In this document: positions 8,756 through 18,417 of the stretch, piece by piece
How the letters are laid out: every line of letters begins with the position of its first letter
How positions within the stretch are numbered: position 1 is the stretch's first letter
NCBI GenBank assembly: GCA_964509605.1
Contig: CAZDXF010000001.1
Coordinates: 8,276 to 72,275 of the forward strand
Direction: 5' to 3'
DNA from: an uncultured Candidatus Saccharibacteria bacterium
Lineage (GTDB): Bacteria; Patescibacteriota; Minisyncoccia; Phycocordibacterales; Zambryskibacteraceae
DNA length: 64,000 bases
The notes under the pieces: model-generated
Told to the model about the DNA's origin: nothing
Database searches by the model: none
The model's input: only the letters and a program-made list of their open reading frames with translations
Position numbers and translations under genes: made by a program

Positions 8756-9467
8756 TAATATTGAAAAAAGAGAATTTCCAGGCGTCTTAGAAGATATTTC
8801 GCCAAGACATTTAATTGATGAAAATAATAAAAATGACATCCAAAGCTTTTTCTTAATTTTAGGGCTTATATTTAACGATCTTAAGGGGTTGATCTTTTTT
8901 CAAAAATTTATCGAAGATAATTATAGAAAACCCGATATTAATGAAGTTTCAGCGCATGCTGGGGAATACGGAGGTTTAATTGCTCAAGCAGACAGGTTGC
9001 TTATAGCAACAGTTGGAGAGTTTTTTAAATTTATTGAAGAAAATACATCTGTTTTAAATAGCATATCTTTTTTACTGCTTCTTAAGAAGGATAATAACCA
9101 AGATTATAAAAATGCATGGAACGATCTTATAAAATTAGGTGATGGATCCACAGTTTTATCAAAGATCGCGAGAGTCAGGTCAAATGTGACATTTCATTAC
9201 GATAATTCTATGGAGGAATTAAGAAGGGGCTTTATAAATAGTTTTTTTACAAAAGAAAAAGATTTAACTCAGCATAGTCGGGCGTACTATTCTTTTGGGG
9301 ATGATATGGAAAAGACACGTATGTATTACTCAGATGCAGCCACGCAGAGTTATATAAATTCTATTCTAGCTATTGAAGATCGAGCTAAAATCAGAGAGGC
9401 CATAAACAGCATGAATCATACAATCCAATGGTTATTGAGAGTATATTTAAAGAATATCAAAAAGTAG
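8745..9467 (+). CDS. hypothetical protein (240 aa); weak Rx5H HEPN-like motifs
   Basis: No recognised domain. RSNVTFH and REAINSMNH motifs are present. Sits in the accessory island next to the RM genes. Confidence 0.3.
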   Translation: MKNNNIEKREFPGVLEDISPRHLIDENNKNDIQSFFLILGLIFNDLKGLIFFQKFIEDNYRKPDINEVSAHAGEYGGLIAQADRLLIATVGEFFKFIEENTSVLNSISFLLLLKKDNNQDYKNAWNDLIKLGDGSTVLSKIARVRSNVTFHYDNSMEELRRGFINSFFTKEKDLTQHSRAYYSFGDDMEKTRMYYSDAATQSYINSILAIEDRAKIREAINSMNHTIQWLLRVYLKNIKK

Positions 9468-9515
9468 CTCGAGATCTGCTGTTTAAGATACTAAAATTTA
9501 GCTAATTTCATTAAT

Positions 9516-9803
9516 ATGAATAACAAAGAGCAAAAGCAATTGCAAATCAGTTGGGTTCTCGTATGTCTTGGGTCTATTCTGGCGTTTTTTGTGAATATTG
9601 CTGCTAATTCTTTTTACGATATGTATTTTGTCGATGGTTTTAGAAAAAAATTTATTGTACCGTTTTTAGCGTTCTCTTTTATAAGTTTGTTCTTTGCCAA
9701 TTTTTTCTCCTATACTTTTGATCGTATAAGTGAGATAAAAAGCAACAATTACAGCTTTAAATCCTTTTTTTGGTCTTATATAAAGAGTTGGTTTAAAAAA
9801 TAA
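9516..9803 (+). CDS. small membrane protein (2 TM)
   Basis: Two hydrophobic helices over 95 aa. Confidence 0.35.
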   Translation: MNNKEQKQLQISWVLVCLGSILAFFVNIAANSFYDMYFVDGFRKKFIVPFLAFSFISLFFANFFSYTFDRISEIKSNNYSFKSFFWSYIKSWFKK

Positions 9804-9867
9804 TTCTAGACAATCATAGTTATCCACAATTCAAAGGTGAACTGTGGTTCACTTTTGAAGAAAAAGG

Positions 9868-11103
9868 GTGTATAATTTTTGTAGCATGAATGCGTTGCAA
9901 AAAAAGAAACAACTCGGCCAGTTTTTTACATCCAATTCAGATTATATTTTAAGTGGTTTAGAGAAATTTGTTTCTGGTAAAAAAGTTCAAGACCCCTTTG
10001 CCGGAGATGGAGACCTCCTTTTTTGGGCCAAGAGAAATGGGGCAAAAAAAATTTCTGGTTTTGATGTAGACAGACAACGCTTGAAATACAGATTTATCAT
10101 AGAAAACGATTCTCTGATAAATCCAGTTGGTTATAATTTTGTTATAACTAATCCTCCATATTTAAATGTAAACAAAAGTTCAAAGGACATAAAAGAAAAA
10201 TATTTTTCTAAATTCAAGGAATTTGAAGATCTTTATCAAATATCTGTTTTCAATATTTTAAATAGCGAAGAAGGAATAATAGTTTTACCAATTAATTTTT
10301 TATCTGCAAACAACGCAAAAAGGATTAGAAGATATTTTTTTTCTAAGTTTGAAATTGTAAAACTGAATTATTTTAAACATCAAGTGTTTGATGATACGAC
10401 ATATAATGTTGTTGCTTTTTACTACAGAAAACTGAAAATGCCCGTAAATAAAATTGAATTTCCAATGTTCATATATCCAGAATCAAAAAAAATAACTATA
10501 AAAATAGAAGAAAAATATGACTGGACTATTGGTGGCGACTTTTTACACAAAATAGAATTAACAAAGAACTCTCTTGGCATAAGAAGGTTGTTAGAAGACG
10601 ATGTGGAGTCTGGAAAAATCTCTTGCAAGACTGCTATCGGGCATTTAAAGAAAACAAAAAACATTAGTGTCTCCGAAGGCTTTATAAATCGAGTAAGAAA
10701 AAACATAATAATTTTAAAAGCTATTGATAGTGGTACAGAAAAAGGAAAGATTGCTTTGGAGGACATAAGATCTCATCAGATTGATGCTTTATTGAGCAAA
10801 GAATCGTCAAGACACATGATTCATCTAGTTTTTCCTGAATCGGTTTCTGTTTTTGATCAGGAATTGCTTATAAAACTTTTTAACAAACATTTTTCTGAGG
10901 CTAGAAAAAAATATTCTTCTCTTTTTCTTACTAACTATAGGGATAATGATAGAAAGAGAGTTCAGTTTGATTTTGTTTACAAGTTTTTGAACATGCTTTA
11001 TCTTGATAATATAAAACAAGTTCAGAATCGCTTGTTTGAGAATGTCTATGAATATCTGGATACAAAAAAGCCTAAAATTAGCCAATCAGTCAAATTATCT
11101 TGA
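9868..11103 (+). CDS. gamma-class N6-adenine DNA methyltransferase (Type II RM)
   Basis: Motif X GQFFT, motif I DPFAGDGDLL, motif IV ITNPPY. Confidence 0.8.
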   Translation: MYNFCSMNALQKKKQLGQFFTSNSDYILSGLEKFVSGKKVQDPFAGDGDLLFWAKRNGAKKISGFDVDRQRLKYRFIIENDSLINPVGYNFVITNPPYLNVNKSSKDIKEKYFSKFKEFEDLYQISVFNILNSEEGIIVLPINFLSANNAKRIRRYFFSKFEIVKLNYFKHQVFDDTTYNVVAFYYRKLKMPVNKIEFPMFIYPESKKITIKIEEKYDWTIGGDFLHKIELTKNSLGIRRLLEDDVESGKISCKTAIGHLKKTKNISVSEGFINRVRKNIIILKAIDSGTEKGKIALEDIRSHQIDALLSKESSRHMIHLVFPESVSVFDQELLIKLFNKHFSEARKKYSSLFLTNYRDNDRKRVQFDFVYKFLNMLYLDNIKQVQNRLFENVYEYLDTKKPKISQSVKLS

Positions 11104-11854
11104 TGCTCTGTCTGATATTTATCCAATTCAAGACAATAAAGAAGAGACTCGGTTAGAAAAAAATAGACTGCAGGAGATTAGAAAGGCCTTTAAAACAAAA
11201 GACCATAATAAATTATTGACTCTTCTTTTGGAAGAAGAAAGGTTTCCCTTTGACGATCCTTATGTAGCTTTTCTTCGGATGGACAAAACCTCTGTTTCTC
11301 GCAATCCGAAGACGGTAAGGAGATTATTGAGCAAGGTTTATTCTATTGGTTTAGATAATGTAATTAGCGGAATAAATAGACCAAAATCTTCTTCTAGGCA
11401 ATTTGGCAGTTATTTTAAAAATTGGATAACTCAAAATTTTCCCGTAGTTTCAGAAAAAGAGATCCTTGTTAAAAACAAAGGAGTTTTTGTACTAAGAGGC
11501 GGAGATGAATCTCTAAAGAAGTTTGTAAATAAAAACTTTGGAATTGGGCAAAGAAAAGGTTTAGATTTTGTTATGAAAATCAATAGTCATTATTTAATAG
11601 GGGAGGCTAAGTTTGTTTCTGCTTCTGGGGGAACGCAAGATAAAAGCATTAGAGAGACAATTACCTTTGTTAAAAAAACTAAAGGCAATGTCATTAGAGT
11701 TGCCGTTGTTGACGGAGTGATTTGGTTAGACAGAAAGAATAAAAGGGAAAAAAATCAGAGTCTGTATCAAGAGGTTATAAATTTAAAAGATGGTAGAAAC
11801 ATTATGAGCGCTCTATTGTTAAAAGATTTCGTAAACAGTTTAAAAAAGATTTAA
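11036..11854 (+). CDS. putative restriction endonuclease partner (PD-(D/E)xK-like)
   Basis: Overlaps the 3' end of the MTase gene. DFVMKINSHYLIGEAKFV is a D...E-A-K type motif. Confidence 0.45.
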   Translation: MRMSMNIWIQKSLKLANQSNYLDALSDIYPIQDNKEETRLEKNRLQEIRKAFKTKDHNKLLTLLLEEERFPFDDPYVAFLRMDKTSVSRNPKTVRRLLSKVYSIGLDNVISGINRPKSSSRQFGSYFKNWITQNFPVVSEKEILVKNKGVFVLRGGDESLKKFVNKNFGIGQRKGLDFVMKINSHYLIGEAKFVSASGGTQDKSIRETITFVKKTKGNVIRVAVVDGVIWLDRKNKREKNQSLYQEVINLKDGRNIMSALLLKDFVNSLKKI

Positions 11855-11864
11855 AATTATTATT

Positions 11865-12173
11865 ATGCAAACACAGCACATACTTTTTATATCAGCGGGT
11901 GTGATAGTGCTTTTAGCGATTTTTTCTTATTTTTTCCAAAAAAGAGCTGGTCTTGAGGTTTCAAAGGACTCAATTTCTAACCCAGTCCACCCTCAGATTA
12001 AATCTGACAACAGTTTATCAAGCCCTTTTTCTTTTGGTTTCAAATTTGGAGCCGGAATCTTTCCTTGGCTAGTGTTTTCTGGTCTAACAATCTTTTGGAT
12101 AATAGATGAATACTTTGACTACAAAATACAAAAATTTACAGAAGAAATGGTTAATATGTTTAATGGTTTATAA
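11865..12173 (+). CDS. small membrane protein
   Basis: Two TM helices. Confidence 0.35.
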   Translation: MQTQHILFISAGVIVLLAIFSYFFQKRAGLEVSKDSISNPVHPQIKSDNSLSSPFSFGFKFGAGIFPWLVFSGLTIFWIIDEYFDYKIQKFTEEMVNMFNGL

Positions 12174-12189
12174 TTAATACAATAATTTT

Positions 12190-12645
12190 ATGTCTAAATT
12201 AATTTTTTCAATCATTATCAATGCGCCGAGGGAAAAGGTTTGGGATGCAATGTTAAGTGACGCAACATATCGGGAGTGGACTGCGCCCTTTAATCCAGGT
12301 TCTCGATACGATGGAAATTGGGAGAAGGGAAGTAAGATAAAGTTTATTGGCGCAGATCCTGAAACTGGAAAGGAGTTTGGTGGTATGTATGCCGAGATAG
12401 CAGAAAACAGACTGCATGAATTTGTTTCTATCAAACATTTGGGGGAAATAGGGGCAGATGGTACTGAAATACCGTGGCCCGGTCCCGAAGAAGCGGGGTT
12501 TGAGAACTATACTTTCACTGACAAAAATGGAAGCACGGAAGTTTTGGTGGAATTGAGTGGTATTCCTGATCAATGGAAACAAATGATGAATGACACATGG
12601 CCTAAAGCCCTTGAAAAGCTTAAAGAAATCGCAGAAAGACAGTAA
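12190..12645 (+). CDS. SRPBCC superfamily protein (AHSA1 / polyketide-cyclase-like)
   Basis: INAPREKVWDAMLSDATYREWT and the overall about 150-aa pattern match the Activator of Hsp90 ATPase homologue family. Confidence 0.55.
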   Translation: MSKLIFSIIINAPREKVWDAMLSDATYREWTAPFNPGSRYDGNWEKGSKIKFIGADPETGKEFGGMYAEIAENRLHEFVSIKHLGEIGADGTEIPWPGPEEAGFENYTFTDKNGSTEVLVELSGIPDQWKQMMNDTWPKALEKLKEIAERQ

Positions 12646-12726
12646 GCTTCTCTCACCACTTTCCGCACCCCCATCTTTTCACTATCGCCTCCACCTCTTC
12701 TTCTCCCACCCCATTAAACTATTCCC

Positions 12727-12750
12727 ATATTCTCAAGAATACCAGAATAG
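12727..12750 (+). repeat. degenerate copy of the ATTCTCAAGAAT palindromic element overlapping the arsR promoter
   Basis: TATTCTCAAGAATACCAGAATAG, followed by TATAAT at 12752-12757. Confidence 0.5.
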
Positions 12751-12764
12751 TTTATAATGAGGGT

Positions 12765-13091
12765 ATGAGAATGGGCAAAATAGAGAAAGCAGATAAAACA
12801 ATTAAAATAAGCCAAGACAAAACAGGTAAAACACCAAAACAATTGGAAAGGTATTTTAAAGGTGTTGCTAACCACCGTAGAATCGCCATACTTTTGCTAG
12901 TACTTAAGGACCCAGGGATTTCGGTGGAGGGTATATCAGAAAACTTAAATTGTAATTTTAAAACAATTTCTGAACACACACGCAGATTAGTCCAAGCCGG
13001 CTTATTAAATAAAAACTACAAAGGAAACACAGTAGAGCATCGAGTGTCGCCCTACGGCAAGATGTTTTGCAATTTTATCGGAAAATTCTAA
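12765..13091 (+). CDS. ArsR/SmtB-family HTH transcriptional regulator
   Basis: HRRIAILLLVLKDPGISVEGISENLNCNFKTISEHTRRLVQAGLL is a winged HTH of ArsR type. Confidence 0.65.
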   Translation: MRMGKIEKADKTIKISQDKTGKTPKQLERYFKGVANHRRIAILLLVLKDPGISVEGISENLNCNFKTISEHTRRLVQAGLLNKNYKGNTVEHRVSPYGKMFCNFIGKF

Positions 13092-13092
13092 A

Positions 13093-13136
13093 CCAAAACT
13101 ACTCTGGTATTCTCAAGAATACCAGAGTAGTTTTGG
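13093..13136 (+). repeat. 44-bp near-perfect palindrome (21-bp arms, core ATTCTCAAGAAT); likely ArsR operator / repeat family member
   Basis: CCAAAACTACTCTGGTATTCT-CA-AGAATACCAGAGTAGTTTTGG. Confidence 0.7.
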
Positions 13137-13188
13137 GTGGGGTTAAGAAAGTTTAAATGTGGAAAGGTGGCAGAGGGCGGGGTGTATA

Positions 13189-13518
13189 ATGAAGTTATTA
13201 CAGTATTTTTGCCCAAAAACTATGAATTGGTTTAAAAAAATAATTGCACACTACAGAAACAATCCCGGAGGATATTGGTTTAAAAGAAATATTTATGGTT
13301 GGGGCTGGGTGCCGGTTATGTGGCAGGGTTGGCTTGTAACTATGATTTCTATAGCTTTTATTTCTGGGGGTATCTATATTGGAGAACGAGACGACGCGCC
13401 CGGAGTGGCACTTATAGGTATTTTACTTGGTGCCATGCTCGTATTTGGCTTTGGTCATTGGAAAGGAGAAAAGATGTGCTGGCAGTGGGGCTTGCCAAAA
13501 GAAGAAAAAGATAATTAA
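13189..13518 (+). CDS. membrane protein
   Basis: Hydrophobic helices. ATG at 13189 directly follows TATAAT at 13183-13188 and could be leaderless. Confidence 0.35.
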   Translation: MKLLQYFCPKTMNWFKKIIAHYRNNPGGYWFKRNIYGWGWVPVMWQGWLVTMISIAFISGGIYIGERDDAPGVALIGILLGAMLVFGFGHWKGEKMCWQWGLPKEEKDN

Positions 13519-13531
13519 GAAAAATGAAGTT

Positions 13532-14002
13532 ATGACATCATACAAACATACACAAATTGGATATTTGATGCTGACAGTCCTGTTTTTCTTGTTAGTATTT
13601 TTTGGATGGATTCAAATTTCGGCTCGAGCCGAACCTCCGTCGGTAGACTCTGGTGCAAATTTTGTCGTTACAGCAGTAATGGTGCTGGTTCTACTTATTC
13701 TTCTGTCATTTGCAACACTAAAAGTGTCTATTGACGAAAAATATTTGAGAATAAAGTTTGGATACGGAATCTTTCATAAAAAATTTGTATTGAATGATAT
13801 TGCTTCAGTAGAAAGAGTCAAAAATCACTGGTATTACGGCTGGGGCATAAGATTGTGGTTGTGGCCAAAGATGTGGATTTACAATGTTTCTGGTTTTGAT
13901 GCGGTTGAAATCAAGACCAAAAACGGAAAAATCTATCGTGTTGGTACGGATGAACCAATTAAGCTTGAGTCCGCAATTAAGTCAGTGATAGTCTTAAAAT
14001 AG
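13532..14002 (+). CDS. membrane protein with bacterial PH-like (YdbT/bPH_2-like) C-terminal domain
   Basis: Two TM helices, then a beta-rich region ending KIYRVGTDEPIKLESAIK. Start chosen at the internal ATG of ORF 13427. Confidence 0.4.
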   Translation: MTSYKHTQIGYLMLTVLFFLLVFFGWIQISARAEPPSVDSGANFVVTAVMVLVLLILLSFATLKVSIDEKYLRIKFGYGIFHKKFVLNDIASVERVKNHWYYGWGIRLWLWPKMWIYNVSGFDAVEIKTKNGKIYRVGTDEPIKLESAIKSVIVLK

Positions 14003-14058
14003 TCATAGTTAATGATTTGTTCAACATTTTCTTAGTAAATTTACCGAAACATTGAGTA

Positions 14059-14418
14059 ATGAAAGACGAGAAAAATCATAAAATTTACACAATGCCATTT
14101 GCCAGAGTGTATCCAATGTATATTGCCAAAGTGGAAAGGAAGGGTCGTACAAAAGAAGAAGTGGATGAAATTATTAATTGGTTGACCGGCTATAGTAGAA
14201 AAGAATTAGAGGCTCAAATCAAAAAAGAAACCGATTTCAAAACTTTCTTCAAAGAAGCGCCGAAAATGAATCCAAAACGAAAGCTCATCACTGGTGTTAT
14301 ATGTGGAGTCCGGATTGAAGATATTAAAGAGAAAACAATGCGTGAAATTCGCTATTTAGATAAATTGATTGATGAGCTTGCTAGAGGTAGGGCGATGGAG
14401 AAAATTTTGAGAAACTAA
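14059..14418 (+). CDS. DUF2200-family protein
   Basis: [38 protein letters not shown] is characteristic of DUF2200. Confidence 0.5.
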   Translation: MKDEKNHKIYTMPFARVYPMYIAKVERKGRTKEEVDEIINWLTGYSRKELEAQIKKETDFKTFFKEAPKMNPKRKLITGVICGVRIEDIKEKTMREIRYLDKLIDELARGRAMEKILRN

Positions 14419-14469
14419 ACTTTTTTCCTTTTTAGATAATCCACAGGTCTGGTACTTGCAATATACCCT

Positions 14470-14766
14470 ATGGGGGTATATAATGCTTTTATTATGAAAA
14501 CAGATTTAAAAAACAAGCTTGTAAGCCGTCTAAATCGCATAGAGGGTCAGGTGAGAGGTATAAAGAAAATGGTTGATGATGAAAAATATTGTGTGGATAT
14601 CATTACTCAGGCTCAAGCAATCAAAAGTGCCCTAAGTTCATTTGAGACGCTAATGCTCCAAAACCATTTGGAGACTCATGTAATGCACCAGATGAGTCAT
14701 GGTAAAGGGGAAAAAGCAATTAAGGAGATACTCAAAATTTATAATGTGTCTCAAAAGAAAAAATAA
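14470..14766 (+). CDS. csoR: CsoR/RcnR-family metal-sensing repressor
   Basis: LVSRLNRIEGQVRGIKKMVDDEKYCVDIITQ, plus conserved Cys/His positions. Confidence 0.7.
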   Translation: MGVYNAFIMKTDLKNKLVSRLNRIEGQVRGIKKMVDDEKYCVDIITQAQAIKSALSSFETLMLQNHLETHVMHQMSHGKGEKAIKEILKIYNVSQKKK

Positions 14767-14767
14767 A

Positions 14768-16786
14768 ATGGATCATAGTCATTGCCACAGTCATAGTGAC
14801 ATAAAAACACAAAACCACGACAAGCACGAAGGTCATAGTGCTTCAATGTTTCTAAAAAAGTTTTGGTTAAGCTTCGCTTTGACCATACCTGTAGTTTTGT
14901 ATTCAGATATAGTTGAAACAGTTTTTAAATGGTCTCCTCCTCAATTTTTCGGATCTGATTATTTGTCTTTCGTACTGGGAACTATTGTATTTTTTTATGG
15001 CGGTTGGGTATTCATCAAAGGGGCGTGGAAAGAGATAAAAGCAAGGTTGCCAGGTATGATGACTTTGATTGGTGTTGCTATATCAGCTGCCTATCTATGG
15101 AGCATTTACGCTGTTTTTTCAGGTGACGAAACTTTGTTCTGGGAGCTTACCACTCTTATAACCATAATGCTTTTTGGTCATTATTTGGAAATGCGTGCTG
15201 TCTCTAATGTTCAGGGTGCTCTTAAAGAACTGTCAAAGTTATTGCCTGATACAGCAGAAGTTTTTCGCAACAACAAAACAGAAACAGTATCGCTTTCCGT
15301 GCTACAAGAAGGAGATTTGGTTTTAGTAAGACCGGGTGGAAAAATTCCAGCTGATGGGGAAATTGTAGACGGTTTCTCAGATGTTGATGAGTCTATGATT
15401 ACGGGAGAATCTAATCCTATTTCTAAAAATGTTGGTGACTCTGTAATTGCGGGAACAATAAACGGTGATGGTGCTCTTAAAATAAAAGTAGCAAATATAG
15501 GCGAAAAAACTTTTTTAGCTGGAGTTATGCGCTTGGTAGCAGAGGCCCAGTCTTCAAAATCTAGATTACAAATTTTGTCTGACAGGGCGGCTCTTTATCT
15601 CACTATTTTAGCTGTTGGCGGAGGTATTATTACTTTAATGTCGTGGCTCTTGGCTGGCTCAGAAGTTGGTTTTGCTGTTTCCAGACTTGTCGCGGTTCTG
15701 GTTATTGCTTGTCCTCATGCTCTGGGTTTGGCTGTGCCTTTGGTTGCGTCAATCTCAACCACTAAAGCGGCTCAAAATGGTTTTCTTGTAAAACAAAGAA
15801 TTGCATTGGAAGTAGCCAGAAGTATTGATACGGTTCTTTTTGATAAAACAGGAACGCTGACCAAGGGAGAGTTTGGAGTTGTAAACATATGGAGTAGCAA
15901 GAGCTACAAAGAAGAAGATGTTTTAAAACTTGCCGCATCACTCGATTCTCTTTCTGAGCATCCGATTGCTAAAGCGATAGTAAACAAAGCTTTAGAAAAA
16001 AATATAAAGCTTTTAAAGCCAGAAAATTTTGAAGCCATAAAGGGCAGGGGCGTAAAAGCGACTGTAGATTCAAAAGAAGTTTATGTCGGAGGACCGTCTT
16101 TAATTGAAAGTTTCAATATAAATTTGTCAGATGAAATTGAAAATCAAGTAGCTCTTGCTGGCAAGAAGGGACAAACAGTTGTTTTTGTCATTGAAAAAGG
16201 CGCACTTGTTGGAGCTATTGCACTGGCTGATATCATTCGCGAAGAATCAAAAGATGCTTTGAAAAAACTCAGATCAATGGGTATTGAAACCGCCATGATA
16301 ACGGGGGATTCGGAAGATGTGGCTAGGTGGGTGAGTGAAGAACTGGGAATTGATATGTATTTTGCCAGAGTTTTACCTGGAGAAAAATCTGAAAAAGTAA
16401 AAGAATTGCAAAAACAAAATAAAAAAGTAGCTATGGTTGGTGACGGTATCAATGACGCCCCGGCTCTTACTCAAGCGGATCTTGGAATCGCCGTTGGAGC
16501 AGGAACAAATGTTGCAATTGAATCGGCGGGAATTATCCTGGTTCGCAATGACCCGAAAGATATTGTGAAAATATTACAGCTCTCTCAGATGACATACAGT
16601 AAAATGATTCAAAATTTGTTCTGGGCCACTGGCTACAATGTGGTGGCGATGCCTTTGGCGGCCGGTGCCATGGCATTTAAAGGCGTTATTCTCGAACCAG
16701 CTGTTGCTGCTGTGCTCATGTCTTTAAGCACGATTATTGTTGCTTTTAATGCAGTCCTTTTAAAAAGGAAACGGTTGGGGCAATAA
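14768..16786 (+). CDS. copB: P1B-type heavy-metal (copper) translocating ATPase, CopB-like (CPH motif, His-rich N-terminus)
   Basis: MDHSHCHSHSD, TGES, CPH in TM6, DKTGTLT, GDGINDAP. Start reassigned to ATG 14768 after the csoR stop. Confidence 0.85.
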   Translation: MDHSHCHSHSDIKTQNHDKHEGHSASMFLKKFWLSFALTIPVVLYSDIVETVFKWSPPQFFGSDYLSFVLGTIVFFYGGWVFIKGAWKEIKARLPGMMTLIGVAISAAYLWSIYAVFSGDETLFWELTTLITIMLFGHYLEMRAVSNVQGALKELSKLLPDTAEVFRNNKTETVSLSVLQEGDLVLVRPGGKIPADGEIVDGFSDVDESMITGESNPISKNVGDSVIAGTINGDGALKIKVANIGEKTFLAGVMRLVAEAQSSKSRLQILSDRAALYLTILAVGGGIITLMSWLLAGSEVGFAVSRLVAVLVIACPHALGLAVPLVASISTTKAAQNGFLVKQRIALEVARSIDTVLFDKTGTLTKGEFGVVNIWSSKSYKEEDVLKLAASLDSLSEHPIAKAIVNKALEKNIKLLKPENFEAIKGRGVKATVDSKEVYVGGPSLIESFNINLSDEIENQVALAGKKGQTVVFVIEKGALVGAIALADIIREESKDALKKLRSMGIETAMITGDSEDVARWVSEELGIDMYFARVLPGEKSEKVKELQKQNKKVAMVGDGINDAPALTQADLGIAVGAGTNVAIESAGIILVRNDPKDIVKILQLSQMTYSKMIQNLFWATGYNVVAMPLAAGAMAFKGVILEPAVAAVLMSLSTIIVAFNAVLLKRKRLGQ

Positions 16787-16811
16787 ATTATTAAAAAATT
16801 AGATTAAAAAT

Positions 16812-17423
16812 ATGAATAAAGAAAAAATTATTATAGGAATTCTCGGTTTAATTTTAGGCATTCTCATTGCGCCTGTATTTCTGCCTGCGATGCCGTGGGG
16901 CAGGCAAATGATGTATAGCGGTGGTTCAATGATGAACCAAAATATGAGTCAAAATATCGACAGGCACTTTATAGAGGAAATGATTCCCCATCATGAAGGA
17001 GCTATAGCAATGGCGGAGCTTGCTCTTGAGAGATCTAAGCGCCCTGAAATTCTTTCTTTGGCCAATGGAATAATTGACGCTCAAAAAAGAGAAAATGAGG
17101 AGATGAGAAACTGGTTTAGAGAATGGTTTGGTGGTGAACCAAGCAATTCTTCAAGCATGGGTGGAATGATGGGGCACGGCGCCATGGGAATGCATATGGT
17201 TGGAATGGAGGGCGACCTAGAAGAACTGAAGTCTGCAGAAGATTTTGATCTCGAGTTTATATCTCAGATGATTCCTCACCATGAAATGGCAATTATGATG
17301 GCCAGAATGCTTTCGGCCAGTACTGAAAGACAAGAGATGAAGACTTTGGCTCAAAATATTATTACTTCACAATCGAGAGAGATTCAAATGATGAATAGTT
17401 GGTATGAAGCTTGGTCAAAATAA
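16812..17423 (+). CDS. DUF305 family protein (copper-resistance associated)
   Basis: Duplicated FIEEMIPHHEGAI and FISQMIPHHEMAI DUF305 repeats. Confidence 0.6.
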   Translation: MNKEKIIIGILGLILGILIAPVFLPAMPWGRQMMYSGGSMMNQNMSQNIDRHFIEEMIPHHEGAIAMAELALERSKRPEILSLANGIIDAQKRENEEMRNWFREWFGGEPSNSSSMGGMMGHGAMGMHMVGMEGDLEELKSAEDFDLEFISQMIPHHEMAIMMARMLSASTERQEMKTLAQNIITSQSREIQMMNSWYEAWSK

Positions 17424-17904
17424 AAATATGAAAAAAGATTATAGTAAAAAAATTTTTTACGCCCTCACTTTTATTTTAGTTGTTGCTGTTTCTTTGATGA
17501 TTTTTATCCCGGAAAAAGAAGTTAATACAGAAAATCAGCTGTCGGCAATGATGTACAAGACTCCCACTTGTGGCTGTTGCAAAGTATACGGGCAGTATTT
17601 AGAGCGTGAAAATGTAAAATTGACAGTGGTGGATATGGATGATATTTCGCCAATCAAAGAACAACACGGGATTCCAAGAAATCTAGAAAGTTGTCATACA
17701 ACAATGATTGAGGGTTATGTAGTTGAGGGGCATATACCACTAGCCGTGATAGAAAAACTCCTTGCAGAAAAACCAGATATAAGAGGTATTGCTTTGCCAG
17801 GGATGCCATCTGGTTCTCCAGGTATGCCAGGACCGAAAACTGAGGATTGGACGATATATGCTTTGGGTAAAGACGGTACAATAACAGAATTTATGAAATA
17901 CTAG
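17404..17904 (+). CDS. DUF411 family metal-binding protein
   Basis: CGCC...ESCHTT...MPSGSPGMPG. Adjacent to copB. Confidence 0.6.
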   Translation: MKLGQNKNMKKDYSKKIFYALTFILVVAVSLMIFIPEKEVNTENQLSAMMYKTPTCGCCKVYGQYLERENVKLTVVDMDDISPIKEQHGIPRNLESCHTTMIEGYVVEGHIPLAVIEKLLAEKPDIRGIALPGMPSGSPGMPGPKTEDWTIYALGKDGTITEFMKY

Positions 17905-18417
17905 ATGAAAAGATTAATTCCGGTATCGATAATTGTTTTTTTGCCAAAGCTAGCATTGGCTCACTGTCCTCTTTGCACGGTTGGAGCAGGAGCACTAGCT
18001 GTTTTCGCTGCTTCAATAGGGATTTCTTCAATGGTTGTGGGAGTGATGATAGGCGGGTTCGCTCTTGCTTTATCTACGTGGTTAGCAAGATTACCTAAGA
18101 AAAATTACATACCATACCAGCGCTTTGTTCTTGCTCTAGTTGTGTTTATTGGAACCATTGTTCCTATAATGCCACTTGCAAAAGAATATGGCCCTCTTTA
18201 TGTGCGAGTGTTTGGTGAGTATGGAGGGGTCTTCCACAATACATACACGGTAAATCTATTTTTGGCCGGATCAATCATTGGTGCTTTACTTATGTTGGTT
18301 GGTCCGTATTTGAGTAAGCAACTTACAAAAATCCGAGGAAGTACACTTCCATTTCAAGGTATCAGCATATCGCTACTTCTTCTTATTGTTGCTTCTCTAA
18401 TAATTGAAATGGTCTAA
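17905..18417 (+). CDS. membrane protein with HCPLC motif
   Basis: Four TM helices; Cys pair in the first helix. Confidence 0.35.
   Translation: MKRLIPVSIIVFLPKLALAHCPLCTVGAGALAVFAASIGISSMVVGVMIGGFALALSTWLARLPKKNYIPYQRFVLALVVFIGTIVPIMPLAKEYGPLYVRVFGEYGGVFHNTYTVNLFLAGSIIGALLMLVGPYLSKQLTKIRGSTLPFQGISISLLLLIVASLIIEMV

Noticed and set aside
14699-14767. Upstream extension of the copB ORF overlapping csoR
   Set aside because: The extension encodes a non-conserved basic peptide. The conserved His-rich N-terminus begins at ATG 14768, right after the csoR stop.
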